A DNA stretch of 18,859 nucleotides. It comes from a bacterium (GTDB taxonomy: Bacteria > Zhuqueibacterota > Zhuqueibacteria > Oceanimicrobiales > Oceanimicrobiaceae). Where the stretch lies: positions 1-18,859 of the forward strand of contig JBBIIG010000074.1 in the NCBI GenBank assembly GCA_037446635.1, given 5' to 3'. This document shows, piece by piece, positions 1 to 7,121 of this stretch. The notes under the pieces were generated by a model. It saw nothing but the letters and a program-made list of their open reading frames with translations. It made no database searches and had not been told where the DNA came from. Within the stretch, counting starts at the first letter, position 1, and each line of letters starts with the position of its first letter. Both the position numbers and the translations under genes were made by a program.

Positions 1-1
1 T

Positions 2-1096
2 CTTTTTGCCGATGTGCACGTCGGCCCGCGCTGGCGAGTATTTAGTGAATTCAAAGTTGCCGGCATCACTGACAATGAGCTGCCCGCGCCGCCAACCGCC
101 CGCGATGAGCCAGACATTCAAAACCTGTTTGCGGAGGTTTGGTTTTTTAAGAAGGAAAGTACCCGAGTCGGTCTGCGCGGCGGCCGCCAGGAACTGCAAT
201 TCGGCAAACAGCGGCTGATCTCTCCCCTGGATTGGGTGAACACCCGGCGCACGTTTGACGGCGTGCGGCTGCTGGCCAATTTTCCAAAATGGAAACTCGA
301 TGGCTTTTTCACCTACGTGGTGCAGTTCGAGCCGGAAAAGCTTAATAGCGCCAATCACTCGCAGCCGTTTGTCGGCGTGTACCTTCAGCGCCCGTTGAAA
401 GGCAAAACGATATCGGCTTATTATTTGGGGTTGAAAGAGAACGATCCCATCATTGTCGATAGCCGCGGGATCGCGGGGGGCTTTTTTTACCACACCCTTG
501 GCGCGGCATTTGACGGCGCGGCCAAAAATTTTGATTGGACTAGCGAGGCCGCGTATCAGTTTGGGAGTTTTGGCGGGGACGACATTGCTGCTTATATGCT
601 CTCGCTGGAAGGCGGCTACACCGTCGCCAAGCTCGCAGTTAAGCCGCGGATCGCCCTCGGTTTCGATATCGCCTCCGGCGACAACGACCCTACCGATGAT
701 CAACAGCAGACCTTCAATCAGCTCTTCCCGTTGGGGCACGCATTTTTCGGTTGGGCTGATCAAGTGGCGCGGCAAAACATTCAAGCGCTCAGCCTGCTGC
801 TTTCGGCTAAACCGCACCCGCAGCTCGTTTGCAGACTCAACGCTTTTAAATTTTTTTTGGATGAAAGACGCGATGCGCTCTACAACGCGGCTGGCGCCCC
901 ATCTCGGCGCAGCCCCACCGGTTCAGCGGGCAAGGAGGTCGGCGCCGAAATCGATGCCGAGGTGACCGTTAATCTCAACCTCCACGCCAGTTTGGTGCTG
1001 GGTTACACTCGTTTTATGCCGGGTGATTTTATCAAAAATACTGGCGCGACTAAAACACACAATCTGTTTTATCTGATGGCGCCGCTGCGATTTTGA
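2..1096 (+). CDS. Alginate export (AlgE) family outer-membrane beta-barrel protein, 5' partial
   Basis: The frame is open from base 2 (LFADVHVGPRWRVF...), so the true start lies upstream of the window. Family-like segments are GRQELQFGKQRLISPLDWVNTRRTFDG and ASGDNDP...TFNQLFPLGHAFFG. There are alternating aromatic beta-strand patterns and a C-terminal Phe (LMAPLRF) typical of outer-membrane barrels. Confidence 0.8.
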   Translation, partial: LFADVHVGPRWRVFSEFKVAGITDNELPAPPTARDEPDIQNLFAEVWFFKKESTRVGLRGGRQELQFGKQRLISPLDWVNTRRTFDGVRLLANFPKWKLDGFFTYVVQFEPEKLNSANHSQPFVGVYLQRPLKGKTISAYYLGLKENDPIIVDSRGIAGGFFYHTLGAAFDGAAKNFDWTSEAAYQFGSFGGDDIAAYMLSLEGGYTVAKLAVKPRIALGFDIASGDNDPTDDQQQTFNQLFPLGHAFFGWADQVARQNIQALSLLLSAKPHPQLVCRLNAFKFFLDERRDALYNAAGAPSRRSPTGSAGKEVGAEIDAEVTVNLNLHASLVLGYTRFMPGDFIKNTGATKTHNLFYLMAPLRF

Positions 1097-1127
1097 AAGT
1101 TCATCTTTATTAAAATTAAAGGACGAT

Positions 1128-3221
1128 ATGTCGAAAATCATCATTCGCAATTTATCCATGATGTTTCCCGGCAAGGAAAAGGGCGCCGCCATTCCTGTAT
1201 TGGAAAATATCAACCTCGAGGTGCGCGAAGGGGAGTTGGTGTGCATCGTCGGGCCCTCTGGCTGCGGCAAGTCAACGATTTTGAATATTGTTGGCGGGTT
1301 TCTAAAAGCTAATGCCGGCGAGGTCTTGATTGATGGCGCGCCGGTCACAGGACCGGACTTGCGGCGGATTTTTATATTTCAAGAAAACGGCGTGTTTCCC
1401 TGGCTCACGGTTGAGCAAAACATCTGTTTCGGTTTGCTCGACAAATCCTCGCATGAACGCCAGCGCATCGTCAATCATTACATCGAAATGGTCGGGTTAA
1501 CCGGCTTTGAAAACGCCTTTCCGCGCGAGCTCTCCGGCGGCATGAAGCAGCGGGTGGAAATCGCCCGCGCGCTGGCCGCTAACCCGGATGTGCTCTACAT
1601 GGATGAGCCGTTCGGGGCGCTGGATTTTTTGACGCGGCTGCGCATGCGCGCCGAGCTCATTCAAATTTGGCAGCGGGAGAAGAAAACGGTTTTATTTGTT
1701 ACCCACGATGTCGAAGAAGCCGTGCAGCTCGCCGACCGGGTCGTGATTCTGAGTCAACGGCCAGCCACCATTCGCAGTATTGTGGAGGTCCGGCTGCCGC
1801 GGCCGCGCGACCTCGACTCCCATGCGTACCTGGAAATTCGCGATGAAATTTTCGACACCATGGGACTGGATCCTTCCGGAAGGAGCGCCGACGCCGAACG
1901 CGAGCGTGAAACTGTCAGCGCGTCGTTTGTGGGCGGCCCCATGCGCACGAAAACGCTGGATACGGATGTGCTCATCATCGGCGGCGGCCCGGCCGGATCC
2001 GTGCTGGGCGCTTATCTTGCCCACGCCGGCGTCCAACACATTATTCTGGAACAGGCGCACTATCCGCGCCCGCACGTCGGCGAATCACTGGTATGCTCGA
2101 CCACCCGCATTCTGCGGGAAATTGGTGTTCTGCCGGAATTGGAACGTGCGGAGTTTATTGTCAAACGCGGCACGTGCTGGGCCTCCTGGTTTGACCGAAA
2201 TGAAATCGATCTGCCCTTCGATCATGCGGATGATCTGAATTTTTCGTTTCATGTCGATCGCGCGCGCTTCGATGAGCTATTGTTGAAACATTGCTGTGAA
2301 AAGGGGTCGCGGGTGTTAACCGGGGTGCAGGTGGAAGCGGTGGAATTCAATCGCAAAGGCTTTGCCAGCGGCATTACCGCCAAAGTGGGCGAGTCCAAAT
2401 TTCGCCTGCATGGCAAGATGGTGGTGGACGCCTCCGGGCGCAAAGCGCTGTTGGGGCGTCAACTGCGGCTGATGAAATCCGATCCGGACCTGCGTCAGTT
2501 TGCCGTCCACAATTGGTTTATCGACGTCAATCATAGCCAGCGTGATAACGCCGATTTTTCTCATATTTATCTGCTGCCCATTCGCCGCGGCTGGGCCTGG
2601 GAAATTCCCATCACCAAAGAGATAACTTCGGTTGGAGTGGTAACCGACCGGGAAAATTTTGTCAAGGCTGGCGAAGATGTGCCGGCTTTCTTCCGCTGGA
2701 GTACCAGCTTGAATCCGTTGCTGGCCGAGCGCCTGAAGAATGCGGCGCCGCTCCGCGAGTTTCGCCTGGATGGCAATTATAGTTATATTATGGAACGCTT
2801 CGTCGGCGACGGCTGGCTGCTGCTGGGCGACGCCGCTTTTTTCATCGATCCGATTTTCGCTTCCGGGATGAGTGTGGCGATGCACTCCGCGAAATTTGCC
2901 GCGCAGGCCATTCCGGACGCCCTTGCCAAGAACGACGTCAGCGGCGCGGCTTTGAAAGAGTATGAAAGCAAATTGCTCGCGGGCGCACACGTGTGGCGAG
3001 AATTTGTCCGCTTGTTTTATAATGTCGCCCCGATTTTCAGCCGGGTCATTTCCGCAAGCGAGCATCGCAGCCTTGCGCTGCGCCTCTGTGAAGGGGATGT
3101 TTACGATCACTCTGCGACCCAAACCCTGGCGCAGTTGCAAAATGTGTTTGAACATATTCGAAACGACGCCCAGCATCCGCTGCAACCATTTCTGCGCGGC
3201 GCCTACGCCGGGGTTAATTAG
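1128..3221 (+). CDS. Fusion: NitT/TauT-type (SsuB/TauB/NrtD-like) ABC ATPase plus C-terminal FAD-dependent halogenase-like domain
   Basis: An AAAGGA RBS lies at 1118-1123. The N-terminal ~245 aa carry Walker A GPSGCGKST, Q-loop IFQE, signature LSGGMKQR, Walker B LYMDEPF, H-loop VTHD and the family tail LPRPRD. From about aa 272 there are GGGPAG, YPRPHVGES, a candidate catalytic Lys in FIVKRG, WAWEIP (2592-2609) and GDAAFFIDPIFASG. No stop separates the domains. Confidence 0.88.
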   Translation: MSKIIIRNLSMMFPGKEKGAAIPVLENINLEVREGELVCIVGPSGCGKSTILNIVGGFLKANAGEVLIDGAPVTGPDLRRIFIFQENGVFPWLTVEQNICFGLLDKSSHERQRIVNHYIEMVGLTGFENAFPRELSGGMKQRVEIARALAANPDVLYMDEPFGALDFLTRLRMRAELIQIWQREKKTVLFVTHDVEEAVQLADRVVILSQRPATIRSIVEVRLPRPRDLDSHAYLEIRDEIFDTMGLDPSGRSADAERERETVSASFVGGPMRTKTLDTDVLIIGGGPAGSVLGAYLAHAGVQHIILEQAHYPRPHVGESLVCSTTRILREIGVLPELERAEFIVKRGTCWASWFDRNEIDLPFDHADDLNFSFHVDRARFDELLLKHCCEKGSRVLTGVQVEAVEFNRKGFASGITAKVGESKFRLHGKMVVDASGRKALLGRQLRLMKSDPDLRQFAVHNWFIDVNHSQRDNADFSHIYLLPIRRGWAWEIPITKEITSVGVVTDRENFVKAGEDVPAFFRWSTSLNPLLAERLKNAAPLREFRLDGNYSYIMERFVGDGWLLLGDAAFFIDPIFASGMSVAMHSAKFAAQAIPDALAKNDVSGAALKEYESKLLAGAHVWREFVRLFYNVAPIFSRVISASEHRSLALRLCEGDVYDHSATQTLAQLQNVFEHIRNDAQHPLQPFLRGAYAGVN

Positions 3222-3252
3222 TTTAAAATTTCTAATAGCCAATGAGGCTCAA

Positions 3253-3501
3253 ATGGATATCAAAAATCAACTCAAAGAATTTATTGTTGCGGAATTTGGC
3301 GAAGACAAAGAGCTGCAAGCCCTGACGCCCGACGACGATCTCATCCGCCAGGGCGTCGTTGACTCGATGGGAGTCCTGCAGGTCGTCAATTTCATTGAAC
3401 AAACCTATGGAACCCAGGTCGCGGATGAAGAAATTACGGTGGAAAATTTTCGCACCATCAACGCCATCGCAAATCTGGTTTCTAAAAAAGCTCAAGTTTA
3501 A
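3253..3501 (+). CDS. Stand-alone acyl/peptidyl carrier protein (82 aa)
   Basis: A GAGG RBS at 3244-3247 precedes the ATG at 3253. The protein is small and acidic, with the phosphopantetheine-site motif GVVDSMGVL and the tail EEITVENFRTINAIANLV. The longer 2962 start in the ORF track overlaps the upstream gene and is not used. Confidence 0.9.
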   Translation: MDIKNQLKEFIVAEFGEDKELQALTPDDDLIRQGVVDSMGVLQVVNFIEQTYGTQVADEEITVENFRTINAIANLVSKKAQV

Positions 3502-3514
3502 TGTGAGATACATT

Positions 3515-5230
3515 ATGAGCGCGTCTCTACAAGCACGGCTATATGCGCAGCTCGAAAAGGCCCCGCATCGCCGGGCCCTGGCGTTTATCGACCCTAAAGG
3601 GCAGTTCTCCTGGCAATCGCTCGAACAGGTTTACCAGCGCGCTTGCGCTTACGGCAGCAAAATGCAGGAGCTGGGATACCGGCCGGGGGAAGTGTGTTTA
3701 CTGGTGCTGCCGAGTAACGAATTCTGCGCCGTGAGCGTACTGGCCACGCTGCTTTGTGGAGGCGTGCCGCTGCTAATGGCGCCGCCCATTTTGCAGGAGG
3801 GCTCCAATTCCACTCTCTTGCAAATTTTGAAAGGCATCCTGCAGCGCACGAACGCCAAACTGGTGATCGCCCATGAAACCCTCGAAAAAAATCGCGACGA
3901 ATTGCAGAGCATGAGCCCCCATACCATTTTTGTTTTTGGTGAAGGATGCTTTGCCTCGGCGACGGCCGGCGCGTTTTCGCCGGTTATGCCGGCTGAAACC
4001 GACACCTTCGCTTTGCAATTGACCTCCGGCACCACCGGCTTTCCGCGCATCTGCCGCTGGCAGCGGAAAAATCTTTTAGCGGCCCTGGATGGAATGGCGC
4101 TGGCCATGGGAGTGACGCGCGAGGACGTCTGCCTGAATTGGACGCCGCTTTATCATGATATGGGGTTGGTCAATAATTTTTTTCTCTGCCTTGCTTACGA
4201 GATTCCCCTCGCCATGCTGAGCCCCATCGACTTTGTTAAGCAGCCGGCGCGGTGGCTGCGGGCCTTGCACGATACCGGCGCAACCATCACCTGGTCGCCA
4301 AACTTCGGATACGCCATCACGGCTCAGCGGGTGCGCGAGTCCGAAATCGCAGGCGTTCGTCTGGATCACGTGCGATCGTTTTGGAACGCGGCCGAAAGGA
4401 TTCATTTCGAGACGGTGACGGCGTTCTATGATCGCTTTGCTCGTTACGGCGTCCGCCGTGAGGCGCTCAAAATGAATTTTGGCTGCGCCGAAAATATCGG
4501 CGGCGCCACCTTCACCGAGTTGGATAAACCGTTTGTGTACGAACGGGTGGATACGCAAAAGTTGCAGGTGGAGCGCCTGGCGCAGCCGGTCCCGCAAAAC
4601 GGCTACGATAAGCCAGCGATGTGGGTGGTGGGCGCCGGCCGACCCCATCCCTATCTGCAAATTAAAATTGCCGATGAAGATGGCAACTTTTTGCCCGATG
4701 GCCGGGTGGGCGAAGTGATGCTCGAAACCCCTTCCCGAATGAGCGAATACCTCGGTGAGCCAGAAGAAACCAGGTATGCCATAACCGGCAACCTGCTGCG
4801 GACAGGTGATCTCGGCTACCTCCGCAACGGTGAACTTTTCTGGACCGGGCGCGTGCGCGAACGCATCACCATTCGCGGGCGCAAAATCGACCCCAGCGAA
4901 TTTGAAAGCATCCTGCTCAAAATTCCCGATCTGCGCGCTGGTTCTTTTGCGGCGTTTGGCGTGGACGACTTGCGCCAGGGCACCGAGCGCATTGTTCTGG
5001 TTTCCGAGCTGCGGGAGCCAACCTCCAAGCCCTATTCCGAAATCGCCGCCGAAATTCAGGAGCAAGTCAATCAGGATTTAGGGGTGCCGGTCAGCGACAT
5101 CGTGCTGGTACCCAAAGGCGTGCTCACCAAAACCTCCAGCGGGAAACGCCGTCACCGTCACTTTCGCGAGCTCTATCTTGCGGACAACCTTGAATATCTG
5201 TACAAAAGCCTAAAGCCAGAGTATGCCTGA
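3515..5230 (+). CDS. Fatty acyl-AMP ligase (FAAL)-like adenylating enzyme
   Basis: Motifs are LQLTSGTTGFPR (P-loop), WTPLYHDMGL, SPNFGY, RTGDLGY and KTSSGKRR (catalytic Lys), plus a FAAL-type insertion between FGCAEN and VGAGRP. The start is placed at ATG 3515, just after the carrier-protein stop. Confidence 0.85.
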   Translation: MSASLQARLYAQLEKAPHRRALAFIDPKGQFSWQSLEQVYQRACAYGSKMQELGYRPGEVCLLVLPSNEFCAVSVLATLLCGGVPLLMAPPILQEGSNSTLLQILKGILQRTNAKLVIAHETLEKNRDELQSMSPHTIFVFGEGCFASATAGAFSPVMPAETDTFALQLTSGTTGFPRICRWQRKNLLAALDGMALAMGVTREDVCLNWTPLYHDMGLVNNFFLCLAYEIPLAMLSPIDFVKQPARWLRALHDTGATITWSPNFGYAITAQRVRESEIAGVRLDHVRSFWNAAERIHFETVTAFYDRFARYGVRREALKMNFGCAENIGGATFTELDKPFVYERVDTQKLQVERLAQPVPQNGYDKPAMWVVGAGRPHPYLQIKIADEDGNFLPDGRVGEVMLETPSRMSEYLGEPEETRYAITGNLLRTGDLGYLRNGELFWTGRVRERITIRGRKIDPSEFESILLKIPDLRAGSFAAFGVDDLRQGTERIVLVSELREPTSKPYSEIAAEIQEQVNQDLGVPVSDIVLVPKGVLTKTSSGKRRHRHFRELYLADNLEYLYKSLKPEYA

Positions 5231-7103
5231 TTTTGAATTAACCTGCGGTGCACCAGCATTCAGACAGTTAGAGCCTTATTCCCCTGAAATTTGCGGAAAT
5301 TTTGAAGTGCCCAGCCATTTCGGGCGGATGATTGCTTTTTGGGATAAACCGGAGTTTGTACCGGCTGATAAGTCCACCCACCTGCGGGACGACGACTACG
5401 TGGTAGGTCTGATTTACAAAGGTGTAGTGCGGGCCTACCCACTTTGGATTGTAGATAATTATCATGTGATTAACGACACCATAGCCGGAGATGCGATTGT
5501 GTTTGCCACCTGTGAGCGCTGCCAATCCGGGTCAGCTTTTCTCTCGCTGCTGGATGGGAAACGGCTCAAGTTCAGCGGCATGGGGATGTACAACGCCTCA
5601 TTAACCATGCTGAATCGCGCCGCGTTTGAACGCGATCGCAGCATCTGGCTGCATTATGAAGGGGTGGCGCTCCACGGCAAATTTGCCGGCAGGTTCTTGG
5701 CGCAAATTCCAACCTATCATACCGTCTGGAAGGACTGGCGCGCCGCTTATCCTCAAACCGAAGTGATGATCGAGCCAGAGTACCAATTTCATCGCGATGC
5801 GCGGCACGGGCACGGCCGCGACGAATATTTTGCGCGCCCCGGAATGGAGTTGCCTTTCATTCAAACCATCACCAGCGCCCTGGATAATCGTTACCCGGAA
5901 AACGAGATGGTGCTCGGCATCAACCTCGATTTGGGGGTAAAGGCATATCCCTTGCGCGAAGTGAAAATGAGCGGCAGCGTGGTCAACGACCATCTTGGCA
6001 GCCACCCAGTGGTGGTTTTGGCCGGACCGCGGCCGGAGCAGTTTACCACGGCCGCCTACTCTCGCGTCGTGGAGGGGCGGGTGCTTTCGTTTCGACATGC
6101 CGGCGACCGCTTTGCGGATCACGAGACCGAAAGCCACTGGACCATCGCGGGCGTGGCGACCCACGGGCCGCTGGCCGGGCGCCAACTGACGCCGCTGCGC
6201 TGGCAGTACGTGCGCTGGCACGCCTGGTTCTATCCCCATCGCAGCACCGAGCTGTATCGTTATGAAGGCGAACTGCCCGTTTATCCGAAGACGCCGGCCG
6301 GTTTAGACATTTCGCCTTTTCAACCGCTGTTGGAGGGATTATCTAAATTAGGGAAGCCGATGGTTGTAGAGGGCGCCATCATCAACTTGCGCTTGCCTCA
6401 CGAGGCCGAACAGGGCTTGGCGCTGCGAGTGGGTTCAGATCGGCTGAATCTTTATCTTTTTAACTCAGAAGCCGCGGCGGCGGATTACGTGGCGCTGCAG
6501 GGCGCCTGGTACTGTGTGCCGGTTGCCATCAAGGTGGAGCGGCGAAAATCCTACCGCGCCGGTAGATTTGTGCTGGAGTCTGACCCGGAGATTCAATATG
6601 CCGATGCAGCCCAAATCGTGCGCCTGCCGGATGCCGAGATTCGTTGGTCTGAGGTGGTAACCGACGAAAACCTCATTCGTCAGTGGAGTTTAGCCGTTGA
6701 CCATTTTTCCGAGGCGGGCGCCGGCCCTTTTGCCAGTCTGATTCAACATTTAAAGGACCGCGGCTATGATGTGGTCGAGACGGCATTTCTGCCGCACAGC
6801 CAACTGCGGGTGGGAGTGGTCAACGCGGTTTCGGCAACCATCAACGCCGACAACTTTGCCATTTATAAATGCGAGAACGACGAAGCGGGGGAGCGCGTGG
6901 CCTCCGAGTTATCGCATTGCCTCCGAATCGGCCGTTGGGTATTTCGTGCAGTACCCCTGGGAATGTACGAAGACCAGCGCTATGAAATCGGCCACTTGCC
7001 CGATGAAAAAATTCGCTGGTCAAAACTGATTGAGGATGAACGATTTTTGGCCGCCATTCAAACCTATTTAGTTTATCAAAAACCAATGATGCACGAGCAA
7101 TGA
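5223..7103 (+). CDS. DUF3179-like protein with CxxC motif and duplicated C-terminal module
   Basis: RAYPLWIVDNYHVINDTIAG..IVFATCERCQSG and a second KAYPL...VVNDHLG..PVVV, plus FADHETESHWTIAGVATHGPLAGRQL and WHAWFYPHRST, match my recollection of the DUF3179 pattern. It overlaps the ligase stop by 8 nt. Confidence 0.75.
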   Translation: MPDFELTCGAPAFRQLEPYSPEICGNFEVPSHFGRMIAFWDKPEFVPADKSTHLRDDDYVVGLIYKGVVRAYPLWIVDNYHVINDTIAGDAIVFATCERCQSGSAFLSLLDGKRLKFSGMGMYNASLTMLNRAAFERDRSIWLHYEGVALHGKFAGRFLAQIPTYHTVWKDWRAAYPQTEVMIEPEYQFHRDARHGHGRDEYFARPGMELPFIQTITSALDNRYPENEMVLGINLDLGVKAYPLREVKMSGSVVNDHLGSHPVVVLAGPRPEQFTTAAYSRVVEGRVLSFRHAGDRFADHETESHWTIAGVATHGPLAGRQLTPLRWQYVRWHAWFYPHRSTELYRYEGELPVYPKTPAGLDISPFQPLLEGLSKLGKPMVVEGAIINLRLPHEAEQGLALRVGSDRLNLYLFNSEAAAADYVALQGAWYCVPVAIKVERRKSYRAGRFVLESDPEIQYADAAQIVRLPDAEIRWSEVVTDENLIRQWSLAVDHFSEAGAGPFASLIQHLKDRGYDVVETAFLPHSQLRVGVVNAVSATINADNFAIYKCENDEAGERVASELSHCLRIGRWVFRAVPLGMYEDQRYEIGHLPDEKIRWSKLIEDERFLAAIQTYLVYQKPMMHEQ

Positions 7104-7121
7104 CAAATGAATTCTTAACTG

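Noticed and set aside
1941..3221. Halogenase as a separate gene starting at ATG 1941
   Set aside because: It is in the same frame as the ATPase with no stop between them and no clear RBS. Internal initiation cannot be excluded but is unsupported.
2316..3242. 308-aa minus-strand ORF, and similar ones at 5601-6239, 7836-8465 and 11599-12276
   Set aside because: They lie opposite strongly supported + strand genes and show no protein-family features.
2962..3252. Apparent 97-aa N-terminal extension of the carrier protein
   Set aside because: It overlaps the halogenase domain in another frame. A good RBS and ATG at 3253 give a normal-sized carrier.
4076..5065. 329-aa minus-strand ORF
   Set aside because: It is an antisense shadow of the well-supported ligase, with no recognisable motifs. 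Long shadow ORFs are expected in GC-rich coding DNA.
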